Source: Daphnia carinata (lineage: Eukaryota). Taken from it: a stretch of 64,000 bases of DNA. The notes under the pieces were generated by a model. It was given only the letters and a program-made list of their open reading frames with translations. It was not told the origin of the DNA and ran no database searches. This document shows, piece after piece, positions 27,601 to 42,139 of the stretch; position 1 is the stretch's first letter, and the number at the start of each line of letters is the position of its first letter. A program made the translations under genes and the position numbers. The stretch is from positions 1,364,001 to 1,428,000 of the forward strand of contig NC_081334.1 of the NCBI RefSeq assembly GCF_022539665.2. Reading direction: 5' to 3'.

Positions 27601-27976
27601 AGACACGGTAAATAATACTTTAACAAAAATCCAATTGTCTTAGTAATTTCTTTCTTGTTTTAAATAAAAAATAGTTGGAGCCGATTCGTCGCGAAGCGAG
27701 TGATTCACCGTCCACACGTCGTTACTGGTCATGGCCACGATCTTTCTCCAGTCGGAATAACCCTCCTATTTCAACAGACCCAGGTATTTTTTTCTTAATT
27801 CATTTCTTTTTGGGATAATACATGAATTTTCTTGCTTCGTTTAACAAGACGTCGTTGAAGATGCTGCTGTTTCAGTACCAACAGCTGTCGAAACTCAAGT
27901 GGAGATTGTCTGCGAATCTCCTGTTGCAGCATCGGCTACGCCCATCGGTACCGATAGCCGTTCGAACGTCGTCTAG
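21692..27976 (+). CDS. gol: Goliath/RNF150/RNF130-family PA-TM-RING E3 ubiquitin ligase
   Basis: Signal peptide [28 protein letters not shown] domain ([17 protein letters not shown]...[10 protein letters not shown]); [40 protein letters not shown]2 [42 protein letters not shown]. About 10 exons, stop TAG at 27974-27976. Confidence 0.93.
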
Positions 27977-29218
27977 TATTATCCATCTTGTATTTTGGTT
28001 TTTCTCAAGTCGTTTATATAGTCTTGCGCTGTGTATATACCCTCACTCCGACGCGAACATGTCACCCATTGCATCAACAGTCATTTGTGCTGTGAAAAAT
28101 CGTAGTTCCGACCCAAATGTGAACGACAAGTAGGGAATCGAACTTGATATTTTGACTGTATTTCGAGCGTGATTTTTTTGTAAACTGACGGAGAAGGATG
28201 CATGCTTCGCGAATTGTGATATTCTCCATTGTTATCAAGTATGGAGGAGATTTTACGAAATGTCTGGCCGACTCGTTTGGTTGGAAGGCGTCGAAATCCG
28301 ATCTGTTCGAATCAGAATTTCCATCTGAGCCAATCGCCCATTCAAAGATTCGGGGAATGTGTAATCTTTTTCGGGTGTATTCGTTAATTGTTCGTTCTCT
28401 CTTATGTCTCTTTAATATCCATTTGGGTGAAGATAATATTACATTGGTCTGTACATAATTTCAAATTTTAATCAATACATATGGACAGTATTCCACCAAT
28501 ACTTGTATGGTTTCGTCTGCTTCTGCTTTGCTTTTTTTTAACAATGCTGAAATTTAACTCGAAGTTTTATTTCACTTACAGTTACGGCGTTTTGTGTTTA
28601 TAGAAGACCTTTCTCAGTTTGAACTCTTCAAAGTTAGCAAGATTTCATGCAAATTGAATGAAAATTTCCTTTCACATTCAAAAAATACAACATACCAGAT
28701 TCTAGTTTTTCATGATCAAATAAATCAAGAAGGTTTTCCTGGATGCACTGTGGGGAAAAAATCAGTTTCCTTAAACATCGTATGGATTTCTTTCAAGTTT
28801 GGCGCCGTAATAAAATACGATTGTTAAGAGTGGACTGCAAAGAGCGGTCACGCCCTTGTCTGTTGATACTGAAAAACTGATCTAATAATACATTTGTTAA
28901 ATAAAATTTCAATGAATAAGCAAAGCTGCATGACCGGTTACGGTAATGGCTAAAAGATAGGATACCTCTTTGAATTTCACCATATGTTTCCATTTGTGGT
29001 AAGGATATTTCTATGAAGAATGCTAATGCAAAAATATCAAGGGAATATACCTTCTGGGGAAGATAGCTTCTGTACTTAGACGTTGTACATGTCAAGATCT
29101 AATGCATTCAAACTTATCACTCGTCAAAGCAAAAAGGAACAATGAATACTCTTCATCAACATTTATTGAAACCTTTTCTTGCAATAGTTTGGTTTCAAGA
29201 ATGTTTCTCTATCTATTG

Positions 29219-29226
29219 TATCGATA
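29219..29226. promoter_or_regulatory. DRE element (TATCGATA) upstream of RYBP
   Basis: Perfect TATCGATA about 140 nt upstream of the RYBP ATG, with a second partial ATCGATA at 29236-29242. DRE is the established DREF-bound housekeeping promoter motif in Drosophila. Confidence 0.5.
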
Positions 29227-29367
29227 GCGAATGAATCGATAATTAAGGAAAGAACCCCGAAAAAAGCATATTTTTTTAACGTTGTAATTTGTAATGCCAT
29301 TCGTACGTTTTATTACAAACTTAGCGAGTAGTTGAATTGTTTTTTATTCGTTCTGATCATTTTGGAC

Positions 29368-30284
29368 ATGGATGCAAAGAAAGGCAGTCCCAATGCGAGG
29401 TAAATAACCCTTTTCTTGTCGGTTCTTAAGTGAAAGACTCGATCCAACTGGACTTCTTTCTCCCAACCTTGACCAACAATGTACTTGTTTTTGTTTGTTA
29501 TCTACTGCAATTAGTATAAGTGAAATATTTATTCATACTAATGGGGGTTTCTGTACCTTCAAGAAGGGCGAAGCGGAGTAGCAAGCAAATAGAAGAAAAC
29601 TACTGGGACTGCAGTGTCTGTGAGTTACTAGAGCAAAAATGAAAACACAAGATGTTGACAAATGATATCTATCTCATTATTTCTTTAGGTACCTACAGAA
29701 ATAATGCTGAAGCATTCAAATGTTCAATGTGTGATGTTCGCAAAGGAACTTCAACCAGGTGACTTTTTCTGTTTCGTAGTTCCTTCGGAAAATTTACATT
29801 CTACATAACATTTTTAACTATATAGGAAACCAAGGCTCAATCCTCAATTGGTACCTCAAGTGTTCAATCCTTCCCTAGCTAACAAAAATAGAAAAGAGAA
29901 AGAATCTAAAGAGAGAGATAAATCTGAAAGAAAGTCAGATGGAAACACTACCAGGAACAGTAAAGCCAGGCCACGGTATAATTTGATTTCAACACTCATT
30001 ACTCTCAGAAAGCTTAGTATTAGTTCACATGGGCAATTGTTTGATTCATAATGATTAACTATCAACACAGGTTGAAAAATGTTGACAGAAGTACTGCCAT
30101 GCACAAGGAAGTAACAGTGAACAATGTGACTGTAGTCATTACTGAATTTCGGCCAAAAATTAGCAGCAAGTCAACATCCCCCAGCAATCTGGATTTGGAT
30201 GCTGGGCACACCACCAGTAGTTCTAGCAGCGCCAGCAATCACGGCAACGATCTTTCCCCCGCAGACCAGGGACATTCAGACTGA
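29368..30284 (+). CDS. RYBP: RING1 and YY1-binding protein (RYBP/YAF2)
   Basis: Spliced [58 protein letters not shown] (RanBP2/NZF finger) ... [32 protein letters not shown] (YAF2_RYBP motif). Five exons. Confidence 0.95.
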
Positions 30285-31207
30285 CCTGTCGCCGTTCATG
30301 GTTAATTTTTAATTATTATTTTGCATCCTGAGGTTTTGAACTATATTCTGTTTGCGCGCCGAATTGAGCTCCCCCTCCCAATCTTTTCTCAACTGCCAAC
30401 AAGTATAGAATTTTAAATATCTGAAAGGATGCAGTTTGACCCCAACCAAATTTAGGTGAGAAGTAACTGGAGCAACTGAAGTCCAAACTGAAAACTCTAC
30501 AAATGAAAAGCCAAGAGGCAGTTGTTTATAACTATTCTGGATATATTTTTTTTTCTTTCTAAATACTGCATTCGTAATATTCCATTTACTGGAGACTATT
30601 TTTGAGTGTTGGGGATTGCTGTTCTGATCGGATCTCAGTACCAAAATTCGCTTCCCTTTTCGGTTTAACCTACCTCATCAGAACAGTGTGCTAAGAGGTG
30701 GGGGACGATTTGGAGAAAATTGATGATGTCTGTCGAATGGATGGTTTTCGTTTCGTGATAAATGTGCGCTCTCATCCGTCTTTATAATTTCACCCTCATC
30801 CACGACAAGTAAATACACAGCTGTATAATTCGATTCTTCAACTTCCACGGGTGACGCATTTATTATTGTTTTTCTTTAGTTTCCTTTTTGAGGTACTCGT
30901 AGTACTAAAACGGTAAAAAGAAAATGCTATCGACGATCATTTTTTACGGCGCGCGAATTGGAATGAGACGTCGATAGAACTGTTGACGGGCAAACAAAAG
31001 AAGTGGGATTATAAGAACGAGCAATTTTTCTTTTTTCTGGCTGCGTGATCACCACCAGAAGACAATTCAGCCAATTAAAGGGAGAGGACAACCAGCAAAT
31101 AAAAGCTGATGGGCGAGGAACAAAAGAAAGCAAAATAATCTAGATTCAACACATTTCTCGGCAACCGATTGACAATTTTACTCTTTTCTCTTCCACAGAA
31201 CCAGATT

Positions 31208-32098
31208 TCATATGTTTCCCATAGCATAAGTTCTGGTCCATTCTCGAGCATTACGAATAGCTTCTCCCTCGTTGACTTTCCACAACTCTGCAACATCGTT
31301 GGCCAGCGGATCATCAGGATTCGGTGCACTCAATAAAGCTTGAATTGACAACAACACTGTCCGAATTTGCAAAGCTGGGCTCCATTTGTCTGAAAAAACA
31401 AACAATCAAGCAATTCAAACATTTTCTTAGAGGAAAATAAATAACAGAATAACATATTTGCTATTTCGAAATATGTTATGGTTTAAAAGATAAACATGTT
31501 TTCTAATTTTGACATGAATGTGAATCAAAGAATGGAATGCCAGCAAACTAAAGAATTTGACACTCCATGCAGAAAACTGTGCTTTCTTTTAAACACATTA
31601 CCAATATTGTAACTTAAGCAACAAAAAAATTTTACCTTTCAAAATATCGAGGCAAATACGGCCTAATTTATCAATGTTGGGGTGATAAATCTTTGTCATG
31701 AAGCGCACTTTAGGTGCTGACATGGGATACTCTTCTGGCAAAAAAAGTTCTAATTTGAAAACACCCCCTTCAAATGGAGAGCCTTCTGGACCTACATATC
31801 AATTAATGGCTCACTGATGAATGAATCAAGATGACACCTCTGTACATTATGATATCAGACCTGCAACCACAACATGGAAATAGCGAGCATTTTGTTCATC
31901 TGGAACTGCACTGATGCCTGGCACAGGTTCAGCCATTAAACGTTGAGTTTCCTGCGAGTGAAATTTGTCAGTGTACATTAAGTTCCAGAAAATACTGCCG
32001 GTCCAATAATATGACCCAAAACACGTTGCCTCCATCTGATAGAAGCTTGAAATTTAAGATTATGTTACCTTGATTATCCGTCTAGGTAGGCCTGCCAT
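31208..32098 (-). CDS. UBE2N: Ubiquitin-conjugating enzyme E2 N (Ubc13/bendless)
   Basis: [130 protein letters not shown]...MGNI*. Confidence 0.97.
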
Positions 32099-33223
32099 TT
32101 CGCATTAATGTTCAGCACGAAACAACTTGTATAAAATCAGAATGTCGTTTAGTAGACGGTAAATGTTAATGACAAATAATAGGAGGCGGAAAGTTTTCAC
32201 GCTTCACGCCGAATAACGAGACTGCCTTTACTCATTAGACGTTGTCAAATCAATTTAGGAGGCCTAACTCTCGCATCCGTCTGAATACCCCCAATTCATG
32301 ATTTAAATAACCTTTTTAAACACTGATTACGTACAACATCTCCAAATTTAGTAGTAAACAATTATATTTGAAAAAATTATGAATTTTTAGTTAACTTTAT
32401 AAAGATATGACATAAAGAGTTTTGTTTCAAGCAACCTACCTAGAAAACCGAAGCCACTGCCCCTCCTTAAATTCATTTTACAAATTGAAAATTCGGTACA
32501 ACTAAATCCACTATATATTACGCTTTAAGCGTTGTGTCTGCCATTGAAATAAAATCAAGTAACAGTAGGTTGCATAATAAATGTAAGTAACCACAGACAA
32601 CATGAACAGTTCACCGTCTTTATTCGGAACACCTAAAACATGTGGATAATCAATAACAACCGGTGTGGCGGACGAACGGATGACTATGTAAACTAATTGC
32701 ACTTTATAACAAAAAGAGATAAACAGGTCGAACCACCGACATATTGTACCATCAGAAAACAAATCAAAAACAAAAAAAAACTGTGTAAGGCAATGCTGGT
32801 CCAGTGCGGCTAAATTGCCCAGCAAAGGATTTTGACGGTCAAAAAAAAAAAAAAAAAGAAGTAAACGGTTAAGTGGCAGAAAATTTCACGCACTCCAGCA
32901 CCAGGATTTGCTCTTAATTGCAAAATCTGAGCAACCAAGTCTAGTGATGCAAAACACATTCACGCAGATTTGATCATACTTCACGGGGGGGATCAACAAT
33001 AACACGGAAATTCGTGCATACACGTATAAGTAAACTTGTTTGTTAAAAACGAGCACGGATTGAACATGGGAGAATTACCTGGTCAACTTTAATAAACTAC
33101 ACAAGGTTAAGTGATGTTGAATTGTGAGAAGTCAATCAATCAACAGTATTTCAATTTCAATTTTTCTACGGCAACCTAAAATGTTCGCTGGTCGCAATAT
33201 TTTAAGATACATAATGCTTTCCC

Positions 33224-34960
<1,737 letters not shown>

Positions 34961-35621
34961 TTTTGAAAAGCGAACACAACGACATGGGTCGTTGCGAGAA
35001 TTAAAGAATGGTTTCCAATAAAACACAAAACTAACTACAACAATCTGATGTTACCAAATACAGTCAACAAACGTTACGATTAGCACCTGAAATCCCACCC
35101 TTTCCCCTTCTAGACCAGTTTCATCACACAGAATCCTTTGAAGCCTCTTCTTACTAGGTATATGTCAACAAATATTTTCTTTTGCCATTTCTTTATTGTT
35201 TTGATACCTAAAAGTTTAAGATGTATTTATTTCATGTCATGTTTTTTTTTAACATCTGATCTCAAGTAAACTAGTCAGTTAGTCAGTTAACTCAGTTTCG
35301 ACTTTCCAGTAAATCACATTTACTTTCCTTAATCTTTAAAGCCCGTAACCCAATTTGAATATAGCAGCTTATAGACTTGAAAAGTAAGTGTAATTCTATT
35401 CCTATCCTTTTAAAATAAGTTAATTAAAAAAAAATTAAAAATAGAACTATAAAAATTTTACAAGTTTTTTTTATTGAGATGTCGCAATGCTAGAAACGAT
35501 TTAAAATCTCGTCTGCTGTTAGTGTGCTTATCAGTTGCAATTTCTATATTTGTTTGGTGGCAGCGAGGGACTACGATTTATTTGTAATATAATTTTTCTT
35601 TGCCATGTTTTCATTGTGAAA
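34961..35621. promoter_or_regulatory. Divergent (head-to-head) promoter region MAPKAPK2/UXT
   Basis: 661 nt AT-rich spacer between oppositely oriented start codons. Confidence 0.5.
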
Positions 35622-36206
35622 ATGGCTGACGATAAAAAAACATTACAGAAAATTCAACAATGCGAGAAGTTCGTAAATGAGGTCCTAAGAAGTAAGCTCA
35701 AGTATGAACAATCTATGCCTTCTAAAGCTAAGTTCAATCATTTGTACTAATTTCGGCTTTGGTTAGGAGCTGCTTAGCAGCCAGGGAAAATTACATGTCG
35801 GATATCCAGGAATATCTTCAACTACTGGAAACAATAAAAAATTTAGATGAACTGGATGTTAATCCACTCAAAACAAAAGTTGATTTGGGGGTTGGATTTT
35901 TCGTTCAAGCTGAAGTGTAAAAATGAAAAAAAGAAATTTTTAATGTATTTTGCATGCAATTTAAATATTTATAACTTTACTTTGTGTAGGCCTGATGTTT
36001 CCACAATACTTGTTTCAATTGGATTTGGATTCTTTTTGGAACTAACACATACAGAAGCATGCACCTTTATTACAAAGAAAGTGGAGCACATTGGTGGACG
36101 TGTTAAAGTTTTAGAAGAGGAAGCTTCATACATCAATGCAGATATAAAAATGATGTTAAACACACTTGGGCAACTACAAGGTGTTATACCTACAGGCAGC
36201 TTGTGA
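35622..36206 (+). CDS. UXT: UXT, alpha-class prefoldin-like protein (3 exons)
   Basis: MADDKKTLQKIQQCEKFVNEVLRSKLK|SCLAARENYMSDIQEYLQLLETIKNL...LKTKVDLGVGFFVQAEV|PDVSTILVSIGFGFFLELTHTEACTFITKK...INADIKMML; prefoldin-alpha hairpin motifs typical of UXT. Confidence 0.9.
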
Positions 36207-36261
36207 AGCAATTTTTTTTCGAGTGAAGCATTGCCTTTTTTGACAATAAAGAGTGAACAAA

Positions 36262-37407
36262 ATGACTCTTAGCTCAAAAGTGCTTAAACCTATTACATGG
36301 ATTTATTATCCACGTCTGCAAAGGAAGAAATTCCAGTGTGTCACAGCCCTATTTTTCATCCTTACTGTTTCATTGTTCCTCAGCTTAAAGATAGATTTTT
36401 TATGCTCCTTTTCTTTCCTCTCGTTTTCCGCAATGTCCAGAAGTTTGGTTCCTCGAGAATCAAAAAACTTTGACAACATTTGTTTTCATCCCTATGAGAA
36501 GCGGCTCAGTGACGAACGGATTCATTTAAATGTGAACGATTCGGAGCTAACAGTCTTCACCGGTCAAGCAGAAAACATTACGATTGGAGGTACATGGAGT
36601 CCCACGGAATGCTGGTCCAAATACCGCGTCAACATAATAATTCCATACCGTCAACGTCAGGAGCAATTGCGCGTCTTCCTTCATTATTTCCATCGTTACT
36701 TGCCGTTGCAGCAAATCGCATACCGGATAATCGTCGTTGAACAAAGTGCGGAAAAGGAATTCAACCGGGGAAAGCTCTTCAATGTTGGTTTCGTTGAAAG
36801 TGAAAAACGTTTCCCATCGGATTGCTACATATTCCATGATGTAAATTGCTTTTTCAAAATTTATCACACAACTGGCGGTATTCATAATTTTTTGAATAGG
36901 TTGATCTCATCCCCCAGAGCCTGAACAACATGTATGCCTGCACAGAAATGCCGCGCCACTTGTCTTCAGCTGTTGATACCTTTAATTACCAATTACCTTA
37001 CTGCGGAATCCTTGGAGGGTAAAATATGGAATTGCCGAACTGCATTTATACGCGCTCCAATTTCCGTTGTATATTTTTCATATTTTTATTGCAGAGTTGT
37101 CGCCATGAGAAGTCAACATTTCAGAAAAGTCAATGGGTACTCGAACATGTTTTATGGATGGGGAGGAGAAGACGACGATCTCTATTTCCGTGCGTCTCAA
37201 GCTGGGCTGAATGTTATTCGATTTGAGCCGGACGTCGCCAAGTATAAAATGCTTCGCCATATTAAGGAGATTCCAAATCCAGCTCGTTTTCAAATTATGG
37301 AGATGGATCAGGAGATTTATTATGGTGAAGGATTAAACAACCTTAACTACACTTTGTTGTCGTATGAACTAAAACCATTGTATACGAGGATATTTGTACA
37401 CGTTTAG
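36262..37407 (+). CDS. GT7-family beta-1,4-N-acetylgalactosaminyltransferase (bre-4/beta4GalNAcT-like), 3 exons
   Basis: N-terminal type II TM; IIIPYRQR, FNRGKLFNVGF, FHD|VDLIP (DxD), MPRHLS, LPYCGILGG, NGYSNMFYGWGGEDDD, YKMLRH. Confidence 0.92.
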
Positions 37408-38564
37408 GAAAACTGAAGGAAAACAGTCCTTTCTTGCAATTTCACCATGAATGAAAATCAATGTGATATTTCATTTTTGTATTTTCTGGACTTGTTCTTT
37501 TTGCGATAAACATGATAATCATTGGTAGGAGCTGTTACCAACAACAAAGAACGTGAGACTCGCTGAAAAGTAAAGTAATAGTGTTGGCATCTCATTCGGC
37601 AGCAGCAATGTCGAGCTCCTAGATCGAAGCATCGTAAATTAAGGTTATTAATGTCCGAAAAATTTAATTTGGGAGATTAAAAAAACAACTGTAAACGACA
37701 TTTTACAGCTGTCGAGAGATGGCACACAATCAGCTCGAATCGTGCTTGGGGAGAAAAGAAAGCGAAATATTGAAGACATACAGAGAGCGGCGAGAGAATA
37801 GGATTTTAGATTGCTTTGTTATGCCCCGATTTGAGTTTTTATTGTATATCTACATGTTGACTCGAGAAAACTCCCTGAACCACCCGACAAATTTCGACTT
37901 CCAGCAGATCGAGCTTATCGACTCTGATGACCGAAATTACAACAGCTGTTAATTATGTTATCGCGTGTCTTTTTTTCTTCTTTTGTCTAAAGCATCAACA
38001 GTGTTCAAACTGCACAAGGGGAAGAAAAATCAAAATTCGACGAGCAAGCGAAACTCGTGTTGTTAGATCAACAAACCGAAATTGAAACAAGGTTGCACAA
38101 AATGACACGAGGGTATCAAGAAATCATAATCAATGAAGCAAAAACGACAACACGATTTGAATGAAGCGGTGATTTGTCTTTCAGTTTTCGAGTAGACCCT
38201 TTCCAAAAGCATGTGGCTGCTTCACGCTCCTATTGCTCGGTACTATCCACGGAATCGAAAACACAAACGCTCGTGAATTCAGGCTATGTACATGAAGAGA
38301 AAAAAAAAAATGTTACGAACAAGCGAGGACGAGACACAACAACGTACAAAACAGACACTTGATAATGCGAGAATTGTTGAAGCAGTTTAAGAATTAGACG
38401 GGGCGACTATTATTATTGTTTCTGCGACTCAAGTTCTAACAGATTCTTAGTTTTGTTCATCTGTTTCTTTCCATTTCTTTCCTTTCAAGTTAGCGAAACG
38501 CAAATGGCAATGTCATGGAAAAAAGGAAACACGCGTAGTAATGAAGATTGACTTGGCCAAACGA

Positions 38565-41500
38565 TTAAACCATAACAATTTCATCTTTGCCTAAGAAGAG
38601 GAACGGGAACTGATCAATCATGGCCTGAACTGTGTCTTCAAGATGAGGCCGCATCATTTCGAAGCGGACCATATCCGTAAACTCGAAGGGTAGTAATGTA
38701 GGCCACCAACAAATGGCCAAATTCTTCGAGTCCATGCTATTGGCTTTGCAATTTTCCGTCACTCTGTTTGTGCACAAACAATAGAAAATTATTTTAGGGG
38801 CGTTTGTTACTTAAACAATCGATGCTTATCAGACAATGACGTACTTGACGAAATGCTGGAAGATGAACTTGAGCACATTGAAACTGACGGGTGTCAGCTT
38901 TTTCGTCAGAAGATCCCGCAGTGCCAGCAAACGGCAACTTCGATCTGGCGTCACTGAAAGATTCGAGGGAAAAGAACGTCACACTAAGCTCATCAAAAGA
39001 AGAATGAATTAAATCACTTACTGGAAATTTCTTCCATTTCGCTCATTTGCTCTTGCGTTAATATGGAAGGGAACCGTTTGAAGAAATCCTTCAAAGCTGT
39101 AGCCACTGCATTGACCGCGATATCCAATTCATGAATATCATAATTGGGATCTGAGGATGTGTATAAAAAAAAAATGCACATTTTAATTGAAATGTTTCTT
39201 CATTACAAATAATTTCGTAATAGAAACCTTCTTCGAGCTTCTGGAAAAGCATGTCAACATGGGCTCGATTGCCCGGCACCCGGTAAATGCCTTCAGAGTC
39301 GAGGCCCTCCGCTTCGATGAATTTGACACAGGTTTCGAGGAAGAGCGGAATGGCCCGTCCCTCTGCCATCACAATATCCTCCAACATGGGTATGGCTTTC
39401 TCCTTTTTGCTATCCTTCATTTTTAAATTGCGTTTGCGTTCGCGCTCCTTCTCTTTCTCTCGTTCCCTTCTTTGTCGCTCCTCCTCCTTCAACCGCCTCT
39501 TCTCCTGCTTCTCGTCGTCCTTAGCTTTGGCCTTGTCCTTTCGTCGTTGCGTCGACGGATCCCTTTCGGCTCTTTCTTGCTCCATGACCGAAGCGACTCC
39601 GCCGGAACCTTCTGAGCCTCTTTGCCGCGACATGAAGCCAACCTGCAAATTCATTCAAAACGTTCGCCATGAAGAATAATCCAATCCAACGTCGCATCGC
39701 ACGTCCGTCTTTCACATAAACAAAAATAGTCAATTCATGTCAAATACCAAAGGAGATCCCAAATCACGTTCTCGGGGCGATGCCACATCCATGCCGGGAT
39801 CATCGTCGGGTAAAGCGGAGTAGATGGGATCCCGTGGTCCGATTCCTATTGTGCAATGCAAGGCAAGAAACCGGCGTTACTTAGTGCAAGCCCCATCCCT
39901 TGTCGATCCGTTCGAAGAAAAGCCACCACAGCGCCCAAGATTAAAAATTAGCAAGCGCAGACATACAGTTCACAAGTGGGTAGGTTGAAAACATAACCAA
40001 AAGCAACAAGTCATACAAAAATAAAAGCTCCTGTTTTTCAAGTTTACGTTATCCGAAGGAAAATCAATTGTGAAAGCCAACCCAACCCTTTGCTCTCTCT
40101 CTCTCTCACAACCTCATACATAACCCAGGAAGGAGTAAAGAGAATATGAATAAAATGTGAGAGAGAGAAAATAAAATTCAGGGATGCTTTAATTGAGTCC
40201 GATGTGTGTACCTTTATCGGCAGCAGTAGTAGTGTCACCAGAAGTTTGACCTCTGGAACGTGCCGATAAGGGAAGGGGCATGCCGGAAGGAGGCAAGTTG
40301 GTAGTCGTTGATTGGCTGTTGGCAGAAGGCAAAGTTGGAACGCGAGGTGTGGCCACGGGGATGGCCGCTCGCTTCCGGCGGGGACGTTTGTGCGTCGACG
40401 ACTTGCGAGGCGGCCGCGAACTTCCATCACCCGATCCAAGTCCGGTTCCAGAGATATTCGGCCGGCGATCCAGCGAACTGTCGCTGCTGTCCGAGTCCGA
40501 GTAAACGGCTGCTCATAACACAAAAACCAGTTGATGCGTGGGCTTGATGACTGTGTTACGCATTTTCTTTTACAACTAGTCCTCATGCTCCCTACCCCTT
40601 TCGTTCATGTCTCCCTTCCCCTTTATGAAAACCGCATGACATTCGTAGCTTTAACCCATACGAGGCGGCGTGAAAGCTCACCGGCAAACGCGTGAATAAA
40701 GTTGATTGACATAGGGTTTAGAATAATGCGAATCAATGGGACAGAAGCTGCTTCACAAATGGAAGGACAATTAACATGAAAAAACGACAATCGCTTGACG
40801 GGTCCCAGCTTTTAGAAGACGGATACCATTTGCATGAAAGCTGACTGCAATCAAATGAAACTCGGCCATTTAAAATGATGGCCACAACTTAGCGGGGCAC
40901 AGGGAATGTTTTGCAGGGAACTGCATTAGAAAAATCAAAGCTCTTGCTTTTTACCTGGTCGCTCCTTTTCGCGGCGATAGCGGCTGCGAGTTTTCGAGGT
41001 ATTGGTCTGCGTTCCACTGGCTAACGCATCCTGAGCGGACGTGTAGCTGTAATCGCCGTCATAAGACCCGAAATGGCGATGGCCGTGGCTATCTTTGCTC
41101 TTGGCCAGCCGCGGCGGAGGTGGCGGTGGAACAGTGGGGCATTCTTTGCCGCTCGACACCAATTTCATCCTAGCGATGGCATCAGCCACGTTGGCGAAAT
41201 CCTTCGGGTTCAATTTGCCAGGATGTTGATACACTTGCTGTTGTTGCTATTCGAAAAGACAAACAGCCAATAAAATTATTAATCATTAAAATCAAAGATC
41301 ATTTCCTACCTTTCTACTCGTGTGTGGAAGATGGCCAGGCATTTGCACTTGCTGCTGCGGGAGACCTTTCCTTCGACCAGTCGTGAAAGCGCGATGAGAA
41401 TATGAATCTGCACCAGGTACGCCGCCGCTTATGCTCTGACCCCACGCTTCGTCTTCCATCTCGTTCCGTGACCGGAGAAAAACGGAATCGTCCATCCATC

Positions 41501-42100
41501 CTAATTTTTTAGTGGCCAAAAAATGAACGAGCATTATTATTATATGCTAAATCAAACTCACAAAAGAACAACGGTTCCCTACAAATTGGCAAAATTGGCA
41601 TGCATGACCAACAAGTCATCATGATATTGACCCCTGTCGACCTACACAACCCCAGTAGCGACTAAAAAAATTTAAATTAAAAAACAAACGAGTAGGAAAT
41701 GTGTGTGAAAGAAAATCAAAAGAAAAATAAATATTTCTTGTTGATTTGATCAAAAATAGAAAATGATCCTGGACATGCAATTCAAAGCGGGAGGTAAAAA
41801 AAAAAAAAAAGCCGACTAGGATGGTGGATAGCTGTAGCAAAACGTGGCGTACAGCAATAAACAACGGAAGGCATACGATAGGTCGGCGGTGTGTACCTGT
41901 CTGAGACGTCGAGATCGAGTCCCTTGAGCAAGAAGCGTCCGCTGTGCGATGAAGAGCACCGAACGTCACGCAAGAAAAATTGGTGGGGGAAATGCAAACG
42001 GTTAGAGATAAACAAATAAATTGTTTTAAAGAACTAGCCTTATCTCTTCATTATTATAATACGCTATAATTAATTGATTTCTACGTCGGCGGGGTGATTT

Positions 42101-42139
<39 letters not shown>

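Noticed and set aside
31952..32035. In-frame ORF extension [11 protein letters not shown]... into UBE2N intron 1
   Set aside because: The canonical exon 1 ([10 protein letters not shown]) is present; using the upstream AG would leave an intron of only about 33 nt.
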